Made by a program: the position numbers and the translations under genes. 64,000 nucleotides of DNA, from assembly GCA_905178155.1 (NCBI GenBank), contig CAJINV010000010.1, positions 1,881,182 to 1,945,181 of the forward strand, written 5' to 3'. Below are positions 50,544 through 63,400 of this stretch, piece by piece. This DNA is from Amoebophrya sp. A120. Taxonomy: Eukaryota; Protista; Dinoflagellata. Position 1 is the stretch's first letter; each line of letters opens with the position of its first letter. Under the pieces are notes generated by a model, which was given only the letters and a program-made list of their open reading frames with translations, searched no databases and had not been told where the DNA came from.

Positions 50544-53500
50544 CTACCGCAGATACGAAAACGCCGGCACCGCTGCTTCTGGTATTTGTTCTTTCCTTGA
50601 GGCCGCTGCACTAACGCTTGATGATGCCACTCCTAGACTCGGTGCTTGTGCTCTGCCGCTACTGTGCAAGTGCTGGCCGCCATGGCCGCTCCCAGTCGAC
50701 ATCAACGTGCTGGTTGATCTCGCGTCAAAAAACTGATCCTCGCCCGCAGACAAGGACCCCAGCGATTGCGCGTCCTCGAAGGCAGCTGAGGCTCCGACCG
50801 AATTTGACGTTGCAGCTCCTCCGCCGCCGTTCAAAGACAGAGCGTCGTCGTAGGAAAGCAGATCGTCGTCTGGGTCTTGATCCTCATCGACGCGCTGGCC
50901 GCTCGTCGTTTTACTACTTGTTTTGTGTGTGCTTCTACTCTGTTCTCTCTGATCCTCTTCAAAGTACCTGTTACAACCCCTACTGCTCGCGGCGAGTGTA
51001 TCCTTTGTGATCACGATTACATTGTTTTTATCACTGACGGTGGATAAACTACTCAACTTTCGGCGCGCCGAGGACGAGGATGTCGACGTGTGATAGTTGC
51101 TCTTGTGTTGATGTTGGTGCCAGGTAGAAGAAGTGGGAACATTACTACCGTTTGCGGATGTAGTCATCCCGTGGTTGTGCCGGACATAGAACATATCGTC
51201 CGGTCCTCCTGTGTCAAGCCCGTGCTCTTGCTGGTGAGACAGAATGCCAGCAGCTCGTGGGGTCAAGGGGCTGGGAAGGGTTGTGGTGGAAGTTGCACAA
51301 CCTCCTGCAGCTCCTGCTATGCTTGATGCTGCAGCTGTTGTCTTTGAAGAATGAGCAGAGGAAGACATCACGTTGAAGCCATTCACTGTACTAGAAGATA
51401 AAGCGCTTCTTGTGCTGGTTTTACTGGTGCTGTTTTTGTTCAACATAATTCCTCCGGCTGGCACTGCTGTTGTCGAAGACTGGCGCAGGCTGCTTATACC
51501 AACGGCAGGAGTTGTCCCCTCTCCTGGCACCAACCCGGCGGACAAATGATCATCATCTCCCAACCCCACTTCTAGTCCAGCCAGGTTCGGGTTCGATGCA
51601 CCAGCAGACCGGTTACTCGCACTACTCTTGCTCCCTCCGCCGAATGCCGCCCGGAACAGCGAAAATTTGTGTTCCTGCCTCCGCAACTCCTCCTCCCGGA
51701 GCCAGTAAATGAGAAACCCGGCCGCGGAAGATTGACAAAGCAGCCACTTCACAATGTCCAGCCACTTGGACTGGCCGTACAGCGACAGGTGTCTCGTTGC
51801 AAGAATGGAAAACCCGAAAACGTAATTCGCGACACCGAGCGCTAAATACTTCAGAGACAGGCTCTTCCACACCTCCGCTAGCTCCTTCGCGGGGAGGTTC
51901 GTCAGAAGAGACGTCACCGCATGCATCGCACTGTTTGACGATGGGGGGGTGAGGAGAATCATAGTCGTACTGGACTTCGGTGAGGACGACGAGTTTGATG
52001 CTGGTGCGGAAGATGAGGCAGGTCGCGGTGCTGTTCTTGCTGACGATGTTCTAGTTTTGCCACGACTATCGAAAATTTCATCCACTGTCGTGCTCAAAAA
52101 CCTTGCTTCCGCCATCACGACCACTTCGGAGTCGGGCTTCAAGATCCTCTCGGACTTCAGTTGCAGGTCAAACGGCAGTATCAAGTGCAAATATGCCTGG
52201 GTCTGGAAGGTTGTGATGCTGAACAGTGGATGACTGAAATACTTCCCAATGCAGCCAAGCTTGACAAGTTTGACGAACACTTTGTCATGCGCAGTCCGCA
52301 TGAGAGCCTGCGCTTCTGTATGACAAAAGAGGGCGTCTTTTGCCAGTCATGCAATACAGATTTTACAGGAATGTAGGGCCAGCATTACAAGTGCCATGTT
52401 TCCAGACACAGACATTTGCAATCCATAGGCAGCTGCACGGTGAAATACTTCCAGTTGTCATAGACCAACGGGAAGAGGTTTTTGAAAAACTTCCTTGCTG
52501 CCACCCGAATCTTCGACTTCGACGCCTGGCGCGCGAGGTTCCGGTCGCTCGCTTGCACAGACGCTTGGTGCTGGAGGAAAGTGTCCTATCAACTGTAAAA
52601 ATGTCTGGGTCTGGAAGGTTCTGACACTTGTCATGCACGTTTTGCATGAGCCATGATGTCTGTGATGCATACCCGAGCAATACAGATTTTTTGAGGGCTT
52701 CCTGATGCGTATTTCGCATGACAAATGCCTTCTCAGCGTAGCAAAAATTGCATTTCCTTTGGTAGTCATGCAATACAGATTTTTTTGGAATCCAAATGCA
52801 GCATCACAAGTTGCATTCTTCCAGAACCAGACATTTTTACATTTGATATGTCCTTGTAGGAGGCAAAACTCGGCTTGACGCTGTCCAAACGGAGACTACT
52901 GAACCGGTCCAGCATGGAATGGTGGATTAGGATTTTGGTTGGTTGATGAAAATGTTGTTGCTGGTGCCCACCTCCTGGTGTTCCAAGTGTAGTAGAACAA
53001 GTGCTATCCTCAGGGGTACCAAACTCTTCTGCCCCTTGTTCTCTACCACCTTCACACGGCACCAACTCGCATGCAGCGCCGAAGGGACCAAAAGTGGTGG
53101 TGTCGTCTTGAAATTTCAAACACGCCCTCTCGCGGACGAAAATCGGTAGGAGGGAGCCGCTGCTGGACTTCTGGGAGTTGTTCGAAGTAGACTTGCAGGT
53201 CGTTGTTTTGCTGGTTTGTCCTCCTGATCGGGAAGACGGTGCACGAGAACCTTCAGAGGGTCGTGGAAAAGCTTCCGCAAGGTGGCCTGCTGTTCCTACG
53301 GCTGTCCCTATTGACGCGGAGCAGGAGTCATCGAGTGGGGAGAATTCCTCAATGGAATTGTTGACAGAGACGTAACCAGCGTCGTCCTGCTGTTGGGAAG
53401 CAGACGAAGCAGCATCATCCACTCCCGATGAAGCAGCCCTGCTCCTACAACTTCTCGTCCTGAGCAGAGGGGCAAAGCCATTCCGCCAGCTGTCGCCTAG

Positions 53501-54376
53501 ACCCCGTCTCAAATTCGCCAGCGAGAACGAGCTTTTGAAGCGATAGGCTGAACTCTGCATTGGCGAGAATGACCACGACCGCAACCCAGCTGGTACTAGC
53601 TGCGGAAGGTGCGCCGTTCCGCAGAAACACGCGAAGGGAAACGTCCAGACCGACTCGTACAGGATGCAGACCTTGTTCGTGTGCGGCGCCCGAAGGTAGG
53701 AGAAGCCGTGGGGTAGGCGGAGTTTACCGCGCACTTTCACGATGATCGGCGAGGAGGAAGAGGTTGAAGATGTTTTTGTTTGTGGTCCAAGACTTGTTTT
53801 TGCTGATACTACCCCCGCAGCTGTGCTTGCACCTACTGGTCCTCGTGCAGCTGATTCTTCTTGTCCTCCTTGGCAAACGCTCACCGCCCGCAGCATCTGT
53901 TCGATATCTGTCAGTGGCGTGAAGGGTAACTCCTCATCGTTCGCCAACGCCAAAGCGTCTCGGCGTTTTCGCCTCGCTAGGTAGAAGAACAAACCGGAGA
54001 GGCCCAGGAAGGAAAACCCGAAGAGGTGGGCCAAGTTCGGCTGCTCCTGCATCCAGAATTGGATGCTTTTTGCCGCTTGTGTGAAGAAGTGCTTGAAAGC
54101 GGCTTGCAGCTCTTGTTTGCTGCAGTTGAGTGGCTGTAAAATGATCGCGGAAAACGACGCTGCCGGCCCGGACAAAAATGTTTGGCCGAACAAACAGAGG
54201 TTGCTGGTGCACCACTCCCGGATTTTTGCAGCCGATGCCTCTTGCGCGCCGCTGGGAAACTTGGTCGTGAAGGCGGTTGGTGATTGAGAAGAGGGTGCTG
54301 AGGAGGAGCTGGAGCCGCCATTGCTGGATCTGGAGGGTGGGCGCTCCGCGACATCGTGGGGCCAGAGACCGAACAT
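50544..54376 (-). CDS. MUL1/SP1-like GIDE-domain membrane protein with low-complexity insertions; no RING seen; 3' end uncertain
   Basis: TM1 LSGLFFYLARRKRRDA, then PIIVKVRGKL, APHTNKVCILYE, ERILKPDSEVVVMAE and TM2 KYLALGVANYVFGFSILA. This order resembles plant SP1/animal MUL1 (recognition from memory). Confidence 0.5.
52587..52848. mobile_element. Introner family A (neighbour 52179-52427, TSD GGCAG)
   Basis: TSD TGTCC. Confidence 0.9.
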
Positions 54377-56984
54377 AGGCTTTTTATTGGGCGATCTGAG
54401 CTACGTCCTGACTGCGTCACTGGCGTATAACGAACGGAAAACATTTGTAGACTCGACGCAGCTCCTAAAAGTGGATAGAAGTCACTTAGCGTTAGGAAAG
54501 CAGCTCATGGATAAACAAATCAAATGATTGAAATAAATGCAATCGGCCCAAAATACCACAAATCGAGTCGAGGAGCCTTCTTCTGGCTGCTGAGATTTCA
54601 AATTGAAATTACAAACAGGCATGGGCAGGCTACGCTGCAATCTGCTTTGGAAGTATAATGAACACTAGAGCTGCGCGACGAACGCAAGCGCTGGCCTTGC
54701 TTGTTGGGACAGGTGTCGCGTGTCGATCAATCTTGGCTGCCCGCGGCTTTGTGCAATGCCTTTTCTTGCGCAAACTATCGCACACTCACGCAGACCAGGC
54801 GTGGCCCATCTACGGACTGCTGCAGATTGCGTGATCAGAGTGAGCAGGCTGGCACCAAAGACAAAAGGCCACGCGCGGGGCAACGAACAGACACTCACAC
54901 ACGCCCGGCCAAACTCCTGGCCTTGCGTCCCTCCCCCGGAGTGAATCAATGGAATGGAACCTACCTGGCAAAGAGGCTGCAGCCGCGCGGGCGGGCACCG
55001 CGCGCCCGCGCGCCGAGCAAGATAGCGGCGCCACCCCTCCGGTTCTTTCTTTCATTGATTCAAAGCGAGAGGGAGGCGCGTCACAGCCATCCAACAGGCC
55101 AAACACTGCGCAACCCCTCCACCTTCCTGGGCCAACCACAGCGCGCGGGCACACTGCAGACAACGGCAAGAGACACGCCACAACCGGGGGGCCAGCTCCC
55201 TCACCCCCGGGCACTTGGCCGGCGCCTTCCCTTTCGCTTTCTGCCAGTCGCGAACCCATTGCCCCGGTGGCGGGGGGGCCGGCGGGCGCGCTGCCGCGCG
55301 GCGACCTGCCTGCCGGCCTTGGCGACCCTCTTCTTCTCCACGGAGGTCGGGCCATCCTTGGCCTTTCTCGTTCAGAAAGAAAGAAGCCGACGGACCAGGG
55401 CGGGGGCGAAGGCGGCTGGCGCCGCGGGTCGTGGCTGACTCCTTCGCGAACCGGATCCGCTTGGCCGGCTTCTTCGCCTTGAAGTCCGGGGCGATCTCAC
55501 GGGCGAACGCGGGCGCTTGCTTGTCGTTCATCGGAAGCGTCTTGCTTCGTGCGCAACTGACTCGATCGCGATCGGAATCTTGATCGGAATCGCGTGCATC
55601 TTTTCCAAAGCAGTGGCCCCCGCCCGCGACCGATCCACGGCCGGCCGGCCCCAAAACGGCGCGGGCACAAGCTGGCCAGCGGCCCAAGGGGCCGGCCCGG
55701 CCGGGCGCCGGCCTGCGGGCGTCCACGCACCCAAAAGGGGCGCAAAAGCATACTGCCGGCGGCGGCGAGGCAGCCTACCTGCCTGGCTGCCAAGGAAGCC
55801 CGCCTGGCTGCGGCTGGGAACACGAACACACCAAAACCCCAACAATAAACACACACCGCGGGCGTCTGCCGGGCTGTCTCTTGGCTCTCGCACAACAATG
55901 CCCGCTGCGGAGCCACTTCCGGAGCCGCGCGCCGCTCGGTCGCCCCCAAGGGCGCGGCGAAGGCAGCCGGGGGCCGTCTGGACGGCAGTCGGTGGGGAAT
56001 TCAATTGATCGGCGCGCAGCGGCGCTGGCGCGGGCGCGCCAAAAGCGCCGGCGCCGGCCTCCACCCCGGAAGCGCCCCCGAAGGAAGGGGGCGCGGGCGC
56101 TGGGGCACGCAGGCAGGCTGGCAGAGCCGCCGCAGCGGCAGACCGCGGCCCTTTGCTACAAAGCTCCGCGGCCTCCGGCCAGGGGATGGCCCGCCGCGCG
56201 GGCGCGGCCCTTGGGCTTTGCGGCGGGGCCTCCCGCTCGGCCGCACCGCCGGCCCCCCCTTCCCAACCGGCCGCCCGGCCCCGCCAAAAAGGCCGCGGCG
56301 GACAACACCCCCCCGGCGGGCTCCTTCCTTGGCGCGGCTGGCTCACACGAAGCGCCATTGGTGGAAAAGCTTCGCGGCTCGCTGGCGCGAACTGCTCAGC
56401 GCCGCCGCCCGCGGCTTGTGGCAATGGCCCGGGGCCGCGGCCGGTGGGGCTGTTGGCCGGCCCACTCGTGAGGCGCGCTGCCCTTCTCACCTTGCAGCGA
56501 TCCGGGCGCCCGCTCTGGCAGTTTTCGTAAGATCAAGCGCTCTCATCTGGACCACAGAGATAGGCTCTTCACGAGCAACAAGAACATCCTGCGAAGCTAG
56601 CACTCCGCCTGCGAAGGTGCAAATCGTCGCTCGTAGCTCGCTGCTGAATCAGAACTACAGCTACAAACGCTACCTACCAAAGTTAATAAGATGAGACCCT
56701 ATCATCACGCTGCACCTACAACTTCAACTTCTACATTTGGTTTGTCATTATTTCTCCTCGTCAACTATCGACGACACACGGTGCCATAAGCTTCAGTCAG
56801 ACTATGTCAATGCGGGTCAAAATGGAAGCCATCGACACGACTCGGTGAGCCTCATCACGTGTATGTGTTCAGCAAATCGCTTTCACTTTTCTATAAAAAT
56901 TTAGATTTCGCGATCTTCTGGGAGTATCACTGTCAAACTTTGGTTGCGTTCTACTTGCGACATTCATCTATCGTTCTGTCGACT

Positions 56985-59122
56985 TCACGACAACTGTCCA
57001 CACATGGAGATCGTGACGGGTTCTGTGGTCGCGCCCGTTTCGGACCCCGTGTCGCGGTATGCATTGCAAATATGTCTGGGTCTGGAAGATTGCCAAATTT
57101 GTCATGCGCGTCTGACATGACTGGGACCTCTGTAGTCATGCGTTGGTGCAAAAAGATCATTTTGTCTGTCATGCAAAAGCGCAGTCTGCCATGCGGAATA
57201 CGCTACACATAGCACCTCAAAAACTTGTCATGCTTGGCCACGTATGACAGTGCGCCCAGTATTCCCTGGTTTGCATCACAAGTTTCCAGACCCAGACATA
57301 TTTGCAGTTGATACGCGGATGCTTTCCGCAACCTTCTTCGACTTTTCCAGCACCCGACCAAACACCACGTTTTTGCCGTCCAGCTCCGGAATCGCGCGGA
57401 AACAGATGAAAAACTGCGACCCGTTCGTATCCTTGCCGCTGTTCGTATCCACAGTAAATTTTTCGCACACGTACAAATGCAGTCTCTGCATGAGAAAACT
57501 TGCCCTTAGTCCTAGGCTAGCATGACAAGTTGGACACTGCAAGTTAGCGAGATTTGTCATGCATTTTGTACATGTACGGGAAATTTACATTGCATAATTC
57601 GCCATGGACAAGGCCAGATACTCGTGCTTCAGCTCGAAATTCTCGTCCTCGAAAAACTCCCCGTAAATCGACTCCCCGCTGATCCTATCAAGTGCAAAAG
57701 TATCGCGCTCGTACTAATTGCAATCATGCATGACAAATCTTTTTTCTTAGCGAATCAGCATTACAAATTGCATTTTTCCTTGTTTTGGAAAAATTTGTAT
57801 TGCGATTGATACTAGTGTGATACTTTTGCAATGCATAGATTCCAGTGCCCTCGACGATGTCCCCCGCCTGGGCGAAAATTTTCGGGCACACCCGAAAGAA
57901 CTTGTGGTCCAGGTAGTGCAACCCGACGTAGTACCCCCGGCTCAAACCTAGCTCGCCCGTTATGCAATGCAAAAGTATCGCGCTCGTAGTAATTAAAATT
58001 ATTGCGATCACGCATGACAGATCGTGCTCCGAAGCGAAATCAGCATTACAAACTCCATTTTCGTTCTTGGAAAAATTTGTAATGCAATTTGTACATACCA
58101 CGATACTTTTGCAATGCATACCTGTGCACAGACAGCGAAAATTTTCCGCGGTTTTCGGTGTCACCGTGGTGTTCAGTTCGATCTCCAACCTTCCCACCTC
58201 CCGGCTGCCGATGCGGATATATCAAATGCACATATGTCTGGGTCTGGAAGTAGACCACCGCAGAAGTTTCTCATGCTGTTTTTCCGTGACCCGAAAGGTC
58301 TGGCATGCACGCCCTAGCATTACAGGTTCGAGAAGTTATCTCAAAGCCTAATCCGCATGAGAAATCCCCTGCTTCGGTGACACAAAGTGGGCAACTTTTG
58401 CCGTCCACGCATCACAGATTTTTGCGTCATTCAAAATGTGCATGACAAGTTTGCATCCTGCTTCCAGACTGAGACATATTTGCAATGCATAGGATGTCAA
58501 GGAAAACGATCGGGTGGTCCGGATTGACTGGTTTGATTTCCCGCTTTTTCAAAAACCCCTTGCGAAGCAGGAGTTGATTGGCGCTCTGCCGGCTGGAAGT
58601 CGTGCCTGTTCCGCCCGAAGCCGCGGCAGCGGACAAGTTTTGCGTTTGCTGGGCGGGATGAAGAATATTGGCCGCGGGTCGCGCAAGCTGTCCTGTACTA
58701 GATGATGAGCCGAACGAGAAGGCTGACGAGGTCGTGTTTGGAAAATTGTTGTTGGCATCTTCTTGTCGACCAAAAGAAGCTGAGGTTTGCGCTGAAAGAA
58801 CACTTTGTGGTGGCTCCTGCGGCAGGTTCAGCTTCAGAGGCGGTATGTGCACAGCGCCGGCGGGCCGTAGTTTATTTGATGTGCCAGCCATCGTGCTGCC
58901 AGCAGGGGTCGTGCTCGATGACGGTATGTCTGCTGGTGCTCTGCGACCGGGGGCAGATGAAATCGCTTCACCTGCGGCTGCAATACTAGATTCTGGTCGT
59001 TGATCGACGTTGCGCGCGATCCCCTTGTTCAGAGTCTCGTCTGCATCTGCGGATGATGGTCCAGCTTTCGCGCTTCCGTCGGCTGTCCGTGCGGAAGGCG
59101 CCGAGGACGCTGAGGGTAACAT
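56985..59122 (-). CDS. Cyclophilin-type PPIase domain with long low-complexity N-terminal extension; 5 introner introns
   Basis: Spliced sequence reads [89 protein letters not shown]. Confidence 0.93.
57058..57313. mobile_element. Introner family A in cyclophilin (other introners in this gene 57446-57596, 57686-57837, 57961-58120, 58220-58491)
   Basis: TSD CGCGG. Confidence 0.9.
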
Positions 59123-59847
59123 CTTGCTCGATGGATATATATCAACTACGACTCTTGGCTTTCCTAGTAAAAAGAAAGAGTCGATTTTCAAAAAATCGCC
59201 ACGACGAGCTCGCTCTGGCTCGATTGAAGATAGAAGCGCGGCAGTGTCTCCAAAGTCGGTAAAGACGGAGCGACACGCGCCTGCTCTCACAAGCTAGCCA
59301 ACTTCTCACTCTCTACGTGGCAGTTCCTGAGACATGTTTCTCTGGTAAACGCGAATACGCAAAGGGCAAAGGCAAAGAAAAAATTACAAAATTATATTTA
59401 CTCATTCGCGTTCTTTCCGTTTCCTTGATATTACAAATCCTCACACAGAATGGTGATGGTCAGAATCGTTACTACAGAATGCCAGGCCAAAGAGTACACA
59501 AGAGAACCTTTCCAACATTCTTGCGAGAAACAAAGACGGGGCACGCACGCGCTCCTTGATTGTGAAGCAGATGCAGTTTGGATCAGAGTTATTCTCTGTA
59601 GTGAAGGTAATGCTTAAGCAGGGCATGGGTTGCGTCGCGTGCTCGTGGTAAGGGAAATTGACGTAGCCTGAGTAGCTCAACAACGTACAGAGAACCGCTC
59701 CAGCATCACCTCCAATCCTGCTCGCGCACGCTGTGCTGCAGCCATTGGGCCTACTGGTGAAATCTATGCCCGACCACGACCTGCGTGCTCATATTTTTCT
59801 ACTCGAAACTCAAGTTACGTACAGGCACTTGAATTAGAGGCATAAAC

Positions 59848-60498
59848 AATAAGAACGGGGTCACAAAATGTCCGACTAAGTCCTCGGGGGACCTGCGACC
59901 CACCCAGCCGGGTGGGCCTTAGGTCCCCTGTCCCAGTATAGAACTAAGTTACGAATCCGCCACAGCTCGCGTCCGCCCGTTCCAGTTTTCTGGCCGTTCT
60001 TTTTTGTGGGTGTCAATCTGTGACGCAGTAGCTTATGTATTATTGTATTTGTGCACTGCACTAATCCAAGAAAAAGGATTTGCGCACTGCACTCATCCAA
60101 GAAAAAAGCTTTGCTGTGGGTTAAATCTGTGATGTAGAAAATGCAAAGCTGTTTTTACGCAAAAGGGGCCCGTGATGCGGAAAGTGCAAAAGTGTTTCTG
60201 CAGTTTCCTGTGAAACAGTTTTGCATTTTCTGCATCACAGATTTACACCCACCAAATAAGCTCTTTTCTTGGATAAGTGCCGACAAATGGAGGCACAAGT
60301 ACAATAGTGCAAGACTCTAGTACAGATTTACACCCACAAAAACGAACGGCGAGAAAACAATATGGGCGGACGCGAGCTGTGGCAGAGTCATAGTTAGATA
60401 ACCTGATTATTGGGACAGGGGACCTAAGGCCCACCCAGCTGGGTGGGTCGCAGGTCCCCCGAGGACTTAATCGGACATTTTGTGACCCCGTTCTAATA
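59848..60498. mobile_element. ~650-bp intergenic element with long (~130-175 bp) TIRs
   Basis: AGAACGGGGTCACAAAATGTCCGA.TAAGTCCTCGGGGGACCTGCGACCCACCCAGC... is mirrored at 60360-60495. The right end is ...ATA. No TSD seen. Confidence 0.85.
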
Positions 60499-63400
60499 TC
60501 TCGATGGTGGCAACACCAAGGGTCGCGTCGTCGATGAGTACAAGTGGATTCCGGAACTTCAAGTTCAAAGAAATGAGTCAGTACATTATAGGAAATAGTT
60601 ACAAATATGTGCATATCTGCCTCTTGTATAATATACGAATTCTTTGTACACTACAACGTCACCGACATTTTTCAGAAGTGGAAATTTATCTATCCTATGT
60701 CCTTGCGCTGAAATCTTCCATTTTGTCTGCAAGAAGAGTGTGCTCGTGCTGCTACCGTTAGCACTACCATGCATGGATCACAATTTATGAAAAAATATTT
60801 ATATTATCCTCACGAGTTGTTCTTGTTGGTGGCAATTCTTTTGTCAAGGACACCGTTTTTTTTTTGCTATTTCTCTCAGATCTGATCCGCCCTCGGTCCC
60901 AACTGCCTTCTGTCGTCGGGCCTCTATGGCAACAGGCTTTGACGGAGCACGTCCCGGTCGTCTGCAGCACCTGATAGGTATGCACATAAGTGTCATGTAT
61001 ATGCTGCGTCGTGGGCTCGAAGTGTAAATTCTTTGTTTGGCAAAGAATTCCATTGTACAAAAACACAATCAAACAAAACCTAGGCTAAGCTAAAGCTTCT
61101 CGACAGAATACAAGTTAGTATAACCGCCCAAAATCTGCCGCATCAGAAAACCAACCAGATAAGTACGTTCCTCCACATAGATGCCGTCGGTCGTGTCGTC
61201 GAACGCTTCTTGGCGACGAAGAGCTTCTTCGACTCTTTGTTGTGCACCCGGCGGCAGGTTTTCGGCCTCCAGTCGCGCGACTCTGGCTCGGAACTGGTTG
61301 TCAGTTTCACCATCCAACTTCGCTATACAAGTTAGCTGACCAAATGCTTTTAGTACTGGAACGAACCAAGGAAACATGCATACGCTACGAAGTCAAGGAA
61401 GTTGAGGTTGAGCTTGCTTGTCGGGCCCCTTTTCGCTCAACACAGAATCCAAATAAGGTACGTATCTTCATCGTCTTGTGATTCATATTTTTTCTGCGAA
61501 TTAGCGAAAAGGGGAGCCCCCGCCCATGTCCAGAAATAAAGAATAGATTAACTCACGCAACTTGCCCTAACTGATTCTCGCTCTGTTGCGATTCAATATA
61601 TTTGCATCCATGTCCCCTGGCTCTCGTACTTCAATATATACAAAACTGATTTGGGTCATACGTTGGTAAAAGGGCTGCACTTCATCTGATCGTCCACCGC
61701 GGCCCGCAAATCGTGCCTGCAATATAATGAAAGAACACTGCAAAATAAAAAAAATCGCTGCAGCTCGCACGAGCAGCGTTGCATCTTCCCACTGTATTGC
61801 TTACATTTATATACAGGCACTCGCACTATTTGTATTTCATGCGGTGCTGCCTCAACTGTATTTACTGTACGTAGTCATAGAATACCGCTCTGTCCCGGAG
61901 CCCGGCGAGGCGACTCTGGGCCCGGGCTGGTTCGCCGGCCGGTTGCGCTGCATTGTCTGCATGTCCTTGGTCCGGTGCTACTTGACTTCCTCGCGGTCCT
62001 CGGCCGCGAAACTGCAAGATTATTTCGAGGCAAACTCAAAAAATTGTTTATTTCAGCTTGCGTGTATAGCTTATCGTGCACTGTACTGCATCAACATGTG
62101 TAGTTTTTCATGATGCACTGTCGCACCAATTTCATTTTTAGTGTAGGCTGTACTAGATCAAATACCGGCAACCGCGGCCACGCCGGCCTTTGCTCTACGA
62201 AAGATCCATCGGGATGAACTTCCTCCGAGTAGTACTCCTCGTCCTGGTCATCGTCCGTGGTCTTCGCGATATTTTTCTTGTGCCTGAAAGAGACAGGAGG
62301 AGCAATAAAAAACAAAATTGTCGCTACTTCATGACTCTTGATGCCTCAAGTAGTGGTAGTCAAGTGCCATGCATGTCGATCGGGTTTGACTTCGACATAA
62401 AGTCTTTCGTATGTATTTTCGTTTCGTGAAAATAGTACTTACATGCGATAATCTTGATCATGATCGACATTTCACATCACTTATTGTCATTGTAGTTATT
62501 TCATCGTACTACGACCTCTACCCATATTAACACTTACTTTTACAGCCGGGTGACAACTCATCCAAGACCTGCGCTACCTCTTCAGATTCCAACTATCACA
62601 GTCCATCTATCAGTTGAAGCTAAGTTATCCGTGAATACTTGTGGTTTTTCCCGGTCTTTCCATCGACTTTCCCCAAAGTGTGCGGTTCTTTCGGTTGGTA
62701 TCGAGAGAAAAGTGTGTAGCTTTAAGCACCGAGAAGCCGATTCATTTTTGGCCGTGAAGCCACAGAGCTGTGGAGAAGAAGTGCCATAGAGGTGCGCTGT
62801 CGTGTCTATGCAAGGCCATTCATGCTCAGAATCTTAGGAACAAAATGAAGCCACGACGCACCTCCACCTTTGCGCCGTCTGCTATACAAACTTTGATGAT
62901 GATGCTGATGCAGAATGGTTCTTTTCGTGCTAGAGCACTAGCATGGTACACAGCTTTATCTTTCTTTTTCTCTTGATAATTTTTCGTCCTTGTCCAGCAC
63001 AATAGCCACGACGCCGACTGCAAACACGATCGTCCAGCAAATCCACCCCAGCACAGTAAAAAAACCCACCGCCATCTTGATTCCCTACTGTGCTACAAGC
63101 ATACTCCGCGGGAAGATCCTGCACGACCTGTTCGTCCTGTTGTAATACTATAGCAAAAGATACGCCATAGAATCGAAGCACTTAAACTTTGGCAAAACTA
63201 AAACTCCATCATCTTTCGACATGCATTTTATTGATTCATTTGAACAAGTAATTGACGCCTGCTCCACAACCACACAACTTTTTCGATGAAGAATTCGAAG
63301 TCAAACTGGATGACGAGCGATACGAATTTGATGCGACTGTGAGCGATGCTTTTGAGGAGCTGGTAGTAAGTTTGCCGCTCTTTAGTCATCCCTACCGATC

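Noticed and set aside
54701-56694. Long overlapping ORFs of 150-320 aa
   Set aside because: They are a by-product of extreme GC content: open in multiple frames, with no domain motifs.
1-58491. CRISPR-like repeat-spacer arrangement
   Set aside because: The repeats are inverted pairs at element ends with irregular spacing, the 'spacers' are exons, and no cas genes are present.
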